Source: Chlamydiia bacterium
GTDB lineage: Bacteria > Chlamydiota > Chlamydiia > Chlamydiales > GCA-2402025
Assembly: GCA_030427725.1 (NCBI GenBank)
Contig: JAUICV010000002.1
Coordinates: 69,013 to 133,012 of the forward strand
Direction: 5' to 3'
DNA: 64,000 bases
Under the pieces are notes generated by a model. The model was not told the origin of the DNA, did not search any database, and saw only the letters and a program-made list of their open reading frames with translations. The translations under genes and the position numbers were made by a program. This document shows positions 37,798-48,076 of this stretch, in pieces. Position 1 is the stretch's first letter; the number at the start of each line of letters is the position of its first letter.

Positions 37798-37826
37798 TAG
37801 ACATGATGTCAAAAATTTACTAGAGT
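37798..37826 (+). promoter_or_regulatory. Candidate promoter of MOMP-like paralog 3
   Basis: TAGACA, 17 nt, TAGAGT. Homologous to 36350-36378. Confidence 0.3.
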
Positions 37827-37862
37827 TGAAACTTTTAGCGTTAAAACCCTAAGAGCCGCACT

Positions 37863-39017
37863 ATGAGAAACACATATTTATTACAAAGCCTTTTGGCTCT
37901 GACAAGTTTATCAGCATTTGCTGCTAATAACAGCAATACGCACTCGGATCACATGATGAGCACTTATGAAATGGCTCAATCAAAAATGATCACTCCTGAC
38001 GCGTCACCGGTTGTTAAAGGCGAAGTCGACTTCTATTTAAGAGCAGACTTTATCTACTGGACTGCTGTTCAAGACAATATAGCTATTGCTTATACAGATT
38101 TAACACTATCCATAAATACAAATATCGTTGATAACCAGACATGGCCCACAGGAAGAACATATAGAGTAGATAACTCCTATAACGCTGGGTTTAAAGTTGG
38201 TGGTGGAATAGTCTTTGACTATGATGGATGGGATTTAGATTTTCAATTCACACGGTATAGAACTACTAACAATTGTGGCCCAATAAATGGATCTAATAGT
38301 CAGACTTTACAAACAGGCCTTTATAACACATATGGTTTCCAGGAAATAGATCCTGATGCCGGAGCTCACTTCACAGATAGAACTGTAAACGCTAGCTGGC
38401 AACTTAGTTATAATGAATTTGATTTAGGTTTTGGCAGAGACTTTTTCATTAGCAAAAAATTAACTTTAAGACCTCATTTTGGAGTTAAAGCTGGATGGAT
38501 TAGTCAAAGACTTATTTCTAAATGGAATCTTACAAATACAAACCAAATTGCCTCACAGTGGCTAACTCAAAACTACACAATGACTAACGAATCAAAATTC
38601 TGGAATGCTGGGGTTAGATCTGGTTTAGATACTTCATGGATGCTCACTAGAAATTGGTCCATGTATGGAGATGTTGCTTTATCTGCACTTTGGTCAAAAT
38701 TTAGCTCATCTAGGATAGATGTTGCTACTACAGATGGCTCAACTAACCCAAACTATAATGCTTCTAATTACCAAACTGTAAATCGTGCAAATGTTAACTA
38801 CAAAATCGTTCCTGTTTTAGAATTAGGAATAGGAATTAGATCAGATTGGTATTTCGGTAATAATGATGACTATAGACTTAGACTTCAAGCTGGTTGGGAA
38901 CAACAAGTATGGCTAGGAACTAATGAACTTATCACGCGTAGCGCTAATCCAAACAACTCCTCTATAGGAAATCTTTCTCTTCAAGGGTTTACCTTAGAAG
39001 CTAGATTTGATTTCTAA
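37863..39017 (+). CDS. MOMP-like outer-membrane beta-barrel protein, paralog 3
   Basis: Signal peptide MRNTYLLQSLLALTSLSAFA and C-terminal LQGFTLEARFDF. Internal segments diverge from paralog 2. Confidence 0.78.
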   Translation: MRNTYLLQSLLALTSLSAFAANNSNTHSDHMMSTYEMAQSKMITPDASPVVKGEVDFYLRADFIYWTAVQDNIAIAYTDLTLSINTNIVDNQTWPTGRTYRVDNSYNAGFKVGGGIVFDYDGWDLDFQFTRYRTTNNCGPINGSNSQTLQTGLYNTYGFQEIDPDAGAHFTDRTVNASWQLSYNEFDLGFGRDFFISKKLTLRPHFGVKAGWISQRLISKWNLTNTNQIASQWLTQNYTMTNESKFWNAGVRSGLDTSWMLTRNWSMYGDVALSALWSKFSSSRIDVATTDGSTNPNYNASNYQTVNRANVNYKIVPVLELGIGIRSDWYFGNNDDYRLRLQAGWEQQVWLGTNELITRSANPNNSSIGNLSLQGFTLEARFDF

Positions 39018-39046
39018 TTGTAAAGATATCAACGATCTTTATGCAC

Positions 39047-39079
39047 AAAAGCTCGAAGAGAACTCTTCGAGCTTTTTTT
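39047..39079 (+). terminator. Intrinsic terminator after paralog 3 (identical to 37617-37650)
   Basis: Same stem-loop sequence followed by T7. Confidence 0.7.
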
Positions 39080-39228
39080 ATTTTTACATCTTTTCTTATC
39101 AATCTAAAACCCCACCGGTTCCCTCACTGCTTTTTCTTTATTTTTATCTATATACTTTTTTAATTAATTTAATTTCATAAATCCAGTATTAGTTAAAATA
39201 TACCACATAACCAAACTAACCACTTGCT

Positions 39229-40269
39229 GTGAATAAAGTTTATTTAACTATCGCTGTATTTTTAAGTTGCTTACAAAGTTTTTCTGGGGAGCTAGAACAA
39301 CTTCAAGAGAAATCACCTTCGCAAAAAAATAAAATATTCGAGACTACTGAAGATTTTGCCTCTCTTAAATTTTATCCAAACGATGCGACCTATATAGGAG
39401 CTTCTCTTGATTATTTATACTGGGGTATCAAACTTGAAGGATCAACATACGCAGTTTCTTCAAAGGATCAATCACAACAATCTTTTGGTTATGATTACCG
39501 AAGTGGTTTTAGAGTAGGAGTCTCCTCAATCTTTCCAGATTTTAATAACTTTGTCGTTGATTTTGTATACACCTATATAAATGATAGAGAAAGTAAGACT
39601 TTAGGTTCTGGTTTTAGACCCAGCTTCAACGTAGGATCACAATTTTCAAGCGAAGAGTTATCTACAATTTCTGCAGCATCTACTTATTCGGCATTTAAAC
39701 TTGATTTTAACAACTTAGATATCACTTTAGGAAAGTATCTATCTTTTGGGCAATGGACATATTTTAAGTTATACCTAGGGCTTCAAGGAGCCTACATAGA
39801 AAATAGCTTAGATGCTGATTACTCCAATTGCTCTGGCAGCGCCATTACAGATGGTACAGATCTTTTTGTCGATAATGACACTTATTACTGGGCTCTAGGC
39901 ATCAAGGCGGGTCTTGATAGCATCTGGTATTTCACAAAACAATTTGGTCTGATCGGCAATATTAACATCTCTGGTTTAGCCTCTCATTTTAGCAACAGAA
40001 GAAAAGATAGCTCTTTTTACTCAGAAACCACTTCCTTAGCAGATATGCAAGATCGGTTTTATTCATCTACTTTTGCTTTAGATTTAAGTTTAGGACTTCG
40101 GTACGACCACCGTTTTAAAAGCGACAAAGTTCACGCTTATCTATCTGCTAGCTGGGAGGTAATGATTTGGTTTGATTTGAATCGATCAATCACATTTCCT
40201 GAAGAATCTTCAAGTTCGGATGATTTGAATATGCAAGGATTAACCCTAAGAGCAGGCCTTAACTTTTAA
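39229..40269 (+). CDS. MOMP-like outer-membrane beta-barrel protein, paralog 4 (divergent, GTG start)
   Basis: Signal peptide MNKVYLTIAVFLSCLQSFSG, LDYLYWG motif equivalent to ADFIYWT, C-terminal LTLRAGLNF. Confidence 0.7.
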   Translation: MNKVYLTIAVFLSCLQSFSGELEQLQEKSPSQKNKIFETTEDFASLKFYPNDATYIGASLDYLYWGIKLEGSTYAVSSKDQSQQSFGYDYRSGFRVGVSSIFPDFNNFVVDFVYTYINDRESKTLGSGFRPSFNVGSQFSSEELSTISAASTYSAFKLDFNNLDITLGKYLSFGQWTYFKLYLGLQGAYIENSLDADYSNCSGSAITDGTDLFVDNDTYYWALGIKAGLDSIWYFTKQFGLIGNINISGLASHFSNRRKDSSFYSETTSLADMQDRFYSSTFALDLSLGLRYDHRFKSDKVHAYLSASWEVMIWFDLNRSITFPEESSSSDDLNMQGLTLRAGLNF

Positions 40270-41509
40270 TAGCTAGATGGTCTGATTTTAAAAGAGTCGA
40301 TGACTCAATAAGTGCCTCATAAAAAGCGTCTATTTCTTCAAAGGTGTTGTACATTCCAAATGAAATTCTAGAAACAGTTGAAACACCGAATCTATCAAGT
40401 ATTGGTTCAGCGCACAGCTTTCCAGTTCTTAGACAAAATCCTTTAAGACCTAAAATAGTGCCAAGATCCAAAGAGTGCACCCCATCGATTGCGAACGTAA
40501 TAATAGGACCTTTTGTTTTACTTTGCCCTAAAATCCGAAGACCATCAATTGTTAAAAGTTTTTCTGTAGCGTATTTTAAAAGCTGTGTTTCCCATGTTGA
40601 AATAGCCTTAACCCCAACTGATTGAAGAAACTCAATAGAAGCGCCAAAGGCCACTATTTGTGCAAACATTGGAGTTCCCGCTTCAAATTTTAAAGGACTG
40701 CTTTGAAACGTTGTTTTTTCAAATGAAACTTGATCGACCATATCACCTCCGTATTCATACGGAGTCATTTGATCTAAAAGTTTCTTTTTCCCATATAAAA
40801 CACCAACTCCCGTTGGACCATACAGCTTATGAGAGGAAAAAACCAAAAAATCGACATCTAAATCTAGAACATCTATAGCGATATGTGTAGCGCCTTGCGC
40901 AGCATCGACAAGGACTTTAGCTCCAACTTGATGTGCAATATCTATGATTTCTTTTACGGGGTAAATCGTCCCTGTTGTATTTGTCATCATTGCAACAGAG
41001 ATCAGTTTTGTCTTTTCTGAAATTAGGTTCTTTAATTCATCTAGACTTATATCCCCTTTTGAATCAACGGGCAAAACCCTTAGTTGAAGTTTTTTCTCTT
41101 CAGCTAAAACCTGCCAAGGAACAATATTCGAATGATGCTCAGCTTCAGTGATGACAATTTCATCTCCCTCTTTGAAAAAGGGTTTTGCAAAGCTATTAGC
41201 TACAATATTAATCCCTTGTGTTGTTCCTTTTGTAAAGATAATTTCATCTTCAGACTTCGCGTGGATGAAATCCTTAACTAACTCTCTAACTCGCGTGTAT
41301 TTCTCTGTGGATTTCGCAGCAAGATCATAAACAGCTCTATGAACTGTGGCATATTCATATTTGTAAAAAGAGGTAAGAGCATCTATCATCTTGTAAGGTT
41401 TCTGAGCTGATGCAGCATTATCAAAATATACAAGCTTCTGATTGGAGTCCCCCTCTTTAAAAAGAGGAAAGCAAGATCTTATGAAATCTATATTATAGCT
41501 ATCTACCAT
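40259..41509 (-). CDS. sufS: Cysteine desulfurase SufS (group II)
   Basis: FDNAASAQKP, SSHKLYGPTGVGVLYG (PLP lysine), and RTGKLCAEP active-site Cys loop. Convergent 11-nt overlap with paralog 4. Confidence 0.9.
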   Translation of the reverse strand: MVDSYNIDFIRSCFPLFKEGDSNQKLVYFDNAASAQKPYKMIDALTSFYKYEYATVHRAVYDLAAKSTEKYTRVRELVKDFIHAKSEDEIIFTKGTTQGINIVANSFAKPFFKEGDEIVITEAEHHSNIVPWQVLAEEKKLQLRVLPVDSKGDISLDELKNLISEKTKLISVAMMTNTTGTIYPVKEIIDIAHQVGAKVLVDAAQGATHIAIDVLDLDVDFLVFSSHKLYGPTGVGVLYGKKKLLDQMTPYEYGGDMVDQVSFEKTTFQSSPLKFEAGTPMFAQIVAFGASIEFLQSVGVKAISTWETQLLKYATEKLLTIDGLRILGQSKTKGPIITFAIDGVHSLDLGTILGLKGFCLRTGKLCAEPILDRFGVSTVSRISFGMYNTFEEIDAFYEALIESSTLLKSDHLAIKS

Positions 41510-42686
41510 CGATATCTCGCATATTATTTAATACTTCAAAACAGTTATCTTTCACCTTTTTTTGAGACATAAGCTCTGTGATTTCAGAGCAAAAGCCCTT
41601 AACTAAAAATCGTTTGGCATCCTTTTTAGACAACCCTCTCGACAAAAGATAAAAAAGCTCCGAGGATCCTAATTTAGAGATCGTAGCTCCATGAGACGCT
41701 TTAACATCATCTGCAAAAATCTCTAAATTCGGCTTTGCTATAGCCAAAGCCTTGTCACCAAGAGTCAGGCTATTACAAAGCTGGTAAGCATTTGTCTTCT
41801 GCGCTTGGCTCTCGACAAAAATCTTTCCTTCAAACACACCCTTTCCTTTATCAAAAACAACTTGTTTAAAATGTTGATTCGATTCGCAGTTTTCAGCTCT
41901 GTGATTAACGAGTACATGATTATAGGCTTCACAATTTGCATCTAAAAGCTGAACTCCTTTTAAAGATACATTGGCATTAGGACCTAAAAGATCCACTCTA
42001 AAATCCTGCCTTAACGCTTTAGATCCAAGCGATCCGCTTACAAAGTTTAAGTTCGCATCTTTTTTTAAATCAGCTCTTAAGCTATCGAAATGCCACAGAT
42101 TTTTAGCTTCTGTTAAATCGCTTTCTATTTGTAATTGAGCCCCTTCATCTAAGTGAAGATTCACAGCTCTTGAAAAAAGCTGAGAGGCTGAGTTATCGGA
42201 CTGAACATCAAGTCTAATGGTTGCCTTAGAGTTTTTGCCCATAAATAAAATGACGCTCGTAACAAAAGCCAATCCACTTCCCTGTGAAGGCAAAATATGC
42301 CTAATATCTATTGGCTTTGAAAGCTGGAGATTATTTGGAATATGAATAAAAAGACATTTTTCTGATAAGGCATAAGAAAGTAGAGCAAAATAGTCTTTTT
42401 CTTCTCCGATTAGCTTCTGGTAATAGTTTTCCAAAAGAACTTTATAAGTGGGGTACACAACTTCAAGGTCCTCTAGAATCGCTCCTTCAAATTCCCCATC
42501 TTTTTCTACTTTCACTCCATGTCCAAGAGAAAAATGTTCCCTCTGAAGTTTCCCTAAAGGATAGTACTGATAACTTTCATTCTTCTTCGAGATCTGAGGA
42601 ATGTTTTGCAAAGCTTTTTGAGCTTTTTTTTGAAACCCAAACAGCTGTTTTGCATCAGAAGAATCTGTTAAGATGTTAGTAACCAT
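41499..42686 (-). CDS. sufD: Fe-S cluster assembly protein SufD
   Basis: Position between sufC and sufS. The C-terminal SufB/SufD-type beta-helix region contains KPNLEIFADDVKASHGATISKL. Confidence 0.85.
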   Translation of the reverse strand: MVTNILTDSSDAKQLFGFQKKAQKALQNIPQISKKNESYQYYPLGKLQREHFSLGHGVKVEKDGEFEGAILEDLEVVYPTYKVLLENYYQKLIGEEKDYFALLSYALSEKCLFIHIPNNLQLSKPIDIRHILPSQGSGLAFVTSVILFMGKNSKATIRLDVQSDNSASQLFSRAVNLHLDEGAQLQIESDLTEAKNLWHFDSLRADLKKDANLNFVSGSLGSKALRQDFRVDLLGPNANVSLKGVQLLDANCEAYNHVLVNHRAENCESNQHFKQVVFDKGKGVFEGKIFVESQAQKTNAYQLCNSLTLGDKALAIAKPNLEIFADDVKASHGATISKLGSSELFYLLSRGLSKKDAKRFLVKGFCSEITELMSQKKVKDNCFEVLNNMRDIDGR

Positions 42687-42694
42687 ATCGTTAT

Positions 42695-43447
42695 TTAAAC
42701 CTCAACTTTCTCAGAAAGCCAATCGTATCCTTTTTCTTCTAACTCAAGCGCTAAACTTGCGTCTGAAGATTTAACTATTTTCCCATCCATCATGACATGT
42801 ACAAAATCAGGTTTGATATAAGTTAAAAGCCTTTGATAATGAGTAATTAGAATAACTGATTTATCTGGAGCCCTTAGTTGATTAACCCCTTCTGCTACAA
42901 TTTTTAATGCATCAATATCAAGACCTGAATCTGTCTCATCTAAGATCGCTAACTTAGGATCTAATACTGCCATTTGAAGAATTTCGTTTCTCTTTTTTTC
43001 TCCTCCAGAAAATCCACAGTTCACTTCTCTATTTATGAAGTCATTTGGAATTTTTAACTTTTTAGAAAGCTCTGTTAACTCCTTTCGAAAGTCTTCTTTC
43101 GAAAGCTGAGACTTCCCAAGCGCCTTAAGTTTAGAATTTTTTGCTGAAAACAAAAGATCGAAATTTGTCACTCCTGCGATCTCTATCGGATATTGAAAGC
43201 TCATAAAAAGTCCGTTATGTACTCTTTCTTCAGCTTCTAGTTCCATAAGATCCTGCCCTAGAAATGCTAAAGATCCTTGAGTGACCTCTAGATCTGGATG
43301 CCCCGCTAATAATTTTGCAAATGTAGATTTACCCGCACCATTAGGTCCCATGATCGCATGGACTTCTCCAGGATTCACGGTAAGACTTAGACCTTTTAAA
43401 ATCTCTTTCTCTTCAATTTGAGCATGTAAATTGAAAGCTTTTAACAT
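42695..43447 (-). CDS. sufC: Fe-S cluster assembly ATPase SufC
   Basis: Walker A GPNGAGKST, ABC signature FSGGEKKRNEILQ, Walker B LAILDETDSGLD. Confidence 0.93.
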   Translation of the reverse strand: MLKAFNLHAQIEEKEILKGLSLTVNPGEVHAIMGPNGAGKSTFAKLLAGHPDLEVTQGSLAFLGQDLMELEAEERVHNGLFMSFQYPIEIAGVTNFDLLFSAKNSKLKALGKSQLSKEDFRKELTELSKKLKIPNDFINREVNCGFSGGEKKRNEILQMAVLDPKLAILDETDSGLDIDALKIVAEGVNQLRAPDKSVILITHYQRLLTYIKPDFVHVMMDGKIVKSSDASLALELEEKGYDWLSEKVEV

Positions 43448-43449
43448 AT

Positions 43450-44901
43450 TTACCCTACTGAATTTTCTAACTTTAATGTAAGAAGCTTCTCAGCTTCTGC
43501 TGCAAACTCTAAAGGCAGCTCGTCAATTACTTTTTTACAGAACCCACTAACAACCATTTGGATAGCATCTTCTCTAGAAAGACCTCTCGACTGAAGATAA
43601 AACAACTGTTCCTCGTTCATTTTGGATGTTGAAGCTTCGTGCTCTATCGTAGCACTCCCATGGTATGATTCAATATAAGGGAAAGTATTTGCAGAGCATT
43701 TGTTGCCAACAAGCATCGAATCACATTGCGTGTAATTTCTAGCTCCTGTTGCTTTAGGACCAACTTGAACAAGCCCTCTATAACTATTGTGAGATTGATC
43801 GGCTGATATACCTTTTGAAATGATCGTAGACTTTGTATCTTTTCCAACATGGATCATTTTAGTACCCGTGTCAGCTTGCATATATCCGTTTGTCAATGCC
43901 ACAGAATAAAATTCTCCTTGAGATCTGTCCCCTTGAAGAATGCAACTTGGATACTTCCAAGTAATTGCTGCACCAGCTTCTACTTGAGTCCAACAAACTT
44001 TAGAATCAGCTCCTAAACATTTTGCCCGTTTAGTGACAAAATTATAAATCCCTCCACGGCCAGTTTTTGGATCCCCTGAATACCAATTCTGAACTGTCGA
44101 ATACTTGATTTCTGCTCGATCTTTTGCTACAAGCTCCACAACTGCTGCATGAAGTTGATTTTCATCGTAAGCAGGAGCTGTGCAACCTTCTAGATAACTG
44201 ACATAAGAATCTTCTTCTGCAATAATAAGTGTTCTTTCGAATTGCCCAGTTTCTCTTTCATTAATCCGAAAATAAGTTGATAACTCCATTGGAGAAACCA
44301 CTCCTTTTGGAACATACACAAAAGATCCATCGGAGAATACTGCAGAATTAAGCGCTGCAAAATAATTATCTTTTTGAGGAACAACAGAGCCTAAATACTG
44401 TTCAATTAATTCTGGGTACTTTTGAATAGCTTCAGAAATTGAACAAAGCACAACCCCAGCTTCTTGTAGCTTTTTCTTAAAGGTCGTTCCGAGCGACACA
44501 GAATCAAAAACGACATCAACTGCTACATTGGTTAGCCTTTTCTGCTCATCTAAAGGAATCCCCAACTTATCTAAAGTTTTTAAAAGCTCAGGATCAACCT
44601 GCTCTAGGCTACTAAGCTCTTGTTTTTCCTTAGGAGCAGCATAGTATCTAATATCTTGAAGATCTACGGGAGGATATTTCAAATTTGCCCAATTTGGCTC
44701 TTTCATCCCCATGAAAACATCAAACGCTTTGAGTCTAAAATCCAATAAAAATTGTGGTTCACATTTTTTTTTGGAAAGTTTCCTAATAACGTCTCTATCT
44801 AATCCTTTATCAAAGCTCTCAGACTCAATAGATGTCGAAAACCCATATTTATAACTAGCTTTATCCTGAAGGGCCTTTTCGGTCGTATACGTCTCTGACA
44901 T
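43450..44901 (-). CDS. sufB: Fe-S cluster assembly scaffold SufB
   Basis: 483 aa with [35 protein letters not shown] and [10 protein letters not shown] motifs. Confidence 0.93.
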   Translation of the reverse strand: MSETYTTEKALQDKASYKYGFSTSIESESFDKGLDRDVIRKLSKKKCEPQFLLDFRLKAFDVFMGMKEPNWANLKYPPVDLQDIRYYAAPKEKQELSSLEQVDPELLKTLDKLGIPLDEQKRLTNVAVDVVFDSVSLGTTFKKKLQEAGVVLCSISEAIQKYPELIEQYLGSVVPQKDNYFAALNSAVFSDGSFVYVPKGVVSPMELSTYFRINERETGQFERTLIIAEEDSYVSYLEGCTAPAYDENQLHAAVVELVAKDRAEIKYSTVQNWYSGDPKTGRGGIYNFVTKRAKCLGADSKVCWTQVEAGAAITWKYPSCILQGDRSQGEFYSVALTNGYMQADTGTKMIHVGKDTKSTIISKGISADQSHNSYRGLVQVGPKATGARNYTQCDSMLVGNKCSANTFPYIESYHGSATIEHEASTSKMNEEQLFYLQSRGLSREDAIQMVVSGFCKKVIDELPLEFAAEAEKLLTLKLENSVG

Positions 44902-45135
44902 AAAAAAAACTTTATACTCTTTTAAAAACTTTTCTAAGTACTATATAACTTAGATAAAAAACCGACGAGAATAACTGGAATCTGTCCGAATGTCAATATA
45001 TTCAAAAAAATAGAAACACAGAGATCCCTCCAAGGATAAAAGGCCCAAAAAGAGATCCAAAAAAAGCGTCTAGAAATTCTACCTAATTTGACTTTCTCCT
45101 CGTTTACAAGGAGAAAGTCACCTCAACTTGATACA

Positions 45136-46662
45136 TCAGTCTTGCATTAGCTTCCACGCTGAAAGATTATTAACTTGTCTTTTCATCTTAAATCTGAGAA
45201 CTTGAATAACTTGTTTCCCGTCAAAAAAAGACTCAATATAAGCAGTAGAAGCGCTTCTAGAAGGCGCTAAAGATCCTTGGATTGTTTGAGAAGCTCCAAT
45301 TAACTTATATCGCTGGGCTATCCTAGCCCATTTTTTAGAATAAATTTCCTGTCCATCCTCAATCTCTACAGGATTGCTTATTGGACCAAAGGCCGAAAAT
45401 TCTTGCTCTTCCAGAAATAAACTATTCTCTCCATCAGAAGAAGGAAAGAACACCCTAACAATTGTTTGGTCATCCAAACCAACTAAAGTATTTGGAAAGA
45501 CCCAATCTCCAGATTGGAAAGACACTCCTCCAAAAGCTCCTTTACTTACCCCAGCTTCTTGGATGGTACTGGAATCATCATATGGTTTCCTAAAGCTAAA
45601 ATATTTTGTGATTCTATTTGTAGCTTTAGTTCCAAAAATCATTGCAAACCCTGAGTTGTTCAAATTCATTCCATGAACCTGAGACACACCTGTACTCACT
45701 TCCTTTTCTGTTAGTGAATCATCATCGGAAATACTAACAAAATTTAGTCTATCTCCCACAGTGTTATAACAAAGGGCATAGCTTCCATTTCGACTAGTCG
45801 AAGCTGCCGCACTGACTACAGTATTTGAAATCCCAAGATTTTTAATCGTTAGAGGTTTTATTTGATTATTTTTGGTGTAGGCAATCACCTTCAACTTATA
45901 TTGGTTTGAGTCCTTTGTAATACACACAACTCTTCCTGGATACCTCCTATTTTCTGAAGTAGCAAGAAGCTTTTTAACCCCTGGGATCACAGGGGATGCC
46001 GTGAACCTTAAATCTTTATCAATACTTACAGCTCGCAGCTCATCATTTGATCTTCTAAATACTAGTAGGGGATTTTTTGAGGTACTTAAGAATTTTAAAG
46101 AGTCAGCGTTTGTATACTCCCCTCTTAAAGTTCTTGTCCTAAAATCGATTTTTTGATTAGAGCGTAATTCTCTGACTCGTGCTGATCTAAAGATCATCTT
46201 ATCCGTTTTGACATACGCAATATAAATTGACCCATCATATGCAATGACATCCGCTTTATCTTTAAGTCCCACTGCTTTAGGAAAATCAAGGTCTTCTTCA
46301 ACTTTTTGATACCTTCTTTGTCCAGATCCAGTATTAATCTGTACATAGAGGTCTCCTCTTTGATTCCCTTTAGAAACAGCGAACAGTGTAGCGGCCTCAG
46401 TAAATACTTTACGCCCCTTGTTAGCAAAATACTTTGTTGTAAAATTGTAAGAAGAAAGGTTTAAGATTTGCATAACACCTTTTCTCTCAGAGTTGGCTCT
46501 CTCTTTTGAAGTGACATCCCACTCTGTTGCAAAGTCCCCTCTGATTCCTATGGCGTCTTCATGATAATCTACATCTTGCATCTCAGCATGTAATTTTCCC
46601 ACACCAACCGCAATTCCTAGCAAACAAAAGAAAAATAAACATTTAGACAATCGTTTAATCAT
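45136..46662 (-). CDS. Hypothetical secreted protein (beta-rich)
   Basis: The ATG at 46662 gives signal peptide MIKRLSKCLFFFCLLGIAVGVGKLHA. The track's TTG start at 46716 looks like an extension. No recognisable motif. Confidence 0.55.
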   Translation of the reverse strand: MIKRLSKCLFFFCLLGIAVGVGKLHAEMQDVDYHEDAIGIRGDFATEWDVTSKERANSERKGVMQILNLSSYNFTTKYFANKGRKVFTEAATLFAVSKGNQRGDLYVQINTGSGQRRYQKVEEDLDFPKAVGLKDKADVIAYDGSIYIAYVKTDKMIFRSARVRELRSNQKIDFRTRTLRGEYTNADSLKFLSTSKNPLLVFRRSNDELRAVSIDKDLRFTASPVIPGVKKLLATSENRRYPGRVVCITKDSNQYKLKVIAYTKNNQIKPLTIKNLGISNTVVSAAASTSRNGSYALCYNTVGDRLNFVSISDDDSLTEKEVSTGVSQVHGMNLNNSGFAMIFGTKATNRITKYFSFRKPYDDSSTIQEAGVSKGAFGGVSFQSGDWVFPNTLVGLDDQTIVRVFFPSSDGENSLFLEEQEFSAFGPISNPVEIEDGQEIYSKKWARIAQRYKLIGASQTIQGSLAPSRSASTAYIESFFDGKQVIQVLRFKMKRQVNNLSAWKLMQD

Positions 46663-46856
46663 CACACAAAAAACCTTGGTAAATTTAGTTGACCAATTAT
46701 CACCATAGAAATTCAATTATTTCTTTGTCTAGAGAAGAAAATAATAACATTTCAACCGTTGCTCTGATTTAAAAAATATCTTATAAACAAAAACTAGATC
46801 AATTTGTCAAAGTTTATAGTTTCTTAAGGCTTTGAAACAACTAGGAGTTTTATAGT

Positions 46857-47255
46857 ATGTGCATATTACCATTAATTGGACGGATCTTGTTCTCTTTAAT
46901 ATTTTTCTTAAAAGGGATCGATCACTTTACATCCAAATCAATCGACTTTGGAGCACAAATGGGTGTTCCAGCAGCAGAATTTTTAGTTCCCCTTTTTGGC
47001 GTAATAGCGCTTGCTGGATCCATTTGTATTTTACTTGGATATAAAGCAAAACTTGGAGCCTGGCTTCTTATCCTTTTTTTAATTCCGACAACATTTTTTA
47101 TGCACAAATTTTGGCAATTTGATGACAGTTATCAAGCTCTGATGAATCACCTGTGCTTCTTTAAAAATATCTCTATGATTGGAGCCTGCTTATTTTTAGC
47201 GTATTTTGGATCAGGACCACTTAGTTTATCTTGCTCTCAAAACAAAACTCAGTAG
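46857..47255 (+). CDS. DoxX-family membrane protein
   Basis: 132 aa with four helices. FFLKGIDHF and LIPTTFFMHKFW match the DoxX pattern. Confidence 0.7.
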   Translation: MCILPLIGRILFSLIFFLKGIDHFTSKSIDFGAQMGVPAAEFLVPLFGVIALAGSICILLGYKAKLGAWLLILFLIPTTFFMHKFWQFDDSYQALMNHLCFFKNISMIGACLFLAYFGSGPLSLSCSQNKTQ

Positions 47256-47277
47256 GTTACTTTAACCTATCTATGAA

Positions 47278-47988
47278 ATGGTGGTTCCTATGTTCTGTAA
47301 AAAACTTTTATTGATAATGACTCTCTTACAATGCGCTTTTAGCTCAGAAGAGGTCTTTATCGGGAAAGCATACGATCGGAATGGGAATCACCTCTTTACA
47401 GAGAAGTATACTGTTACAAAAGAGCAAGAAGAAATTAAAAGCGTCTTGACTAACTATTACACTCCCGATGAAAAGCTATCAGCTTCGTTAAGCTCTTTTT
47501 TCGAAAACAAATCTTTTCTTCCAAAAGTCTCGTATAAAAGCGAATCTCACTTTTTAAACTATGGCACAAAATTTTTAGACAATTCGATTGAGTTATTTAA
47601 ATCGACTCGCAAAAGACCTGGGGCAACAAAAATCTTAGCTATGCAAGACAATATGGTTGCAGGCCATGGGTTTTATTTTTATATCCTAAATGAAGTGGAA
47701 AGCCTTTTAAAGGGTGATAAGAAAACCATGGTGTTTTTACAACCAAACAATCTAACAAGCTACAGTTTTAACCTAGAAGCAAAAGAGCAAACAGATAACA
47801 CAAACCTTGTAGATGTAACTCTTTCTCTAACAAACAAGATCTTAAAAGCCTTAGTTCCCGATATAAAGCTCACAATAGAAAAATCAACGTCTCGAATCCT
47901 TTCTTATGAAGGAGTCAGCGGATTCTTCCCTTGCAACTCCAAAGCCAAAACAGTAACGATAAAATACGACTATGAAAAGTCTCCCTAA
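47278..47988 (+). CDS. Hypothetical exported protein
   Basis: N-terminal signal peptide (KKLLLIMTLLQCAFS). No recognisable motif. Confidence 0.5.
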   Translation: MVVPMFCKKLLLIMTLLQCAFSSEEVFIGKAYDRNGNHLFTEKYTVTKEQEEIKSVLTNYYTPDEKLSASLSSFFENKSFLPKVSYKSESHFLNYGTKFLDNSIELFKSTRKRPGATKILAMQDNMVAGHGFYFYILNEVESLLKGDKKTMVFLQPNNLTSYSFNLEAKEQTDNTNLVDVTLSLTNKILKALVPDIKLTIEKSTSRILSYEGVSGFFPCNSKAKTVTIKYDYEKSP

Positions 47989-48076
47989 TTTTTTCTACCT
48001 ATTGTATTAAATACTACACCCCAATAGAATTTTACCTCTTTTCTGAACTGACACTATCAAAAATGGGGCAACAGAT

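Noticed and set aside
44934-44953. Inverted repeat CTAAGT-N8-ACTTAG, 33-52 nt upstream of sufB, considered as an Fe-S or iron-responsive repressor site.
   Set aside because: Short AT-rich 6-bp arms occur often by chance, and I do not recognise the site as a known IscR/SufR/Fur-type box. It is worth a look only if it is conserved in relatives.
45089-45120. 11-bp hairpin (tgactttctcc / ggagaaagtca) downstream of the 45136-46662 gene.
   Set aside because: No U-tract follows it on either strand, so I cannot call it an intrinsic terminator. It may still be an RNA-stabilising stem.
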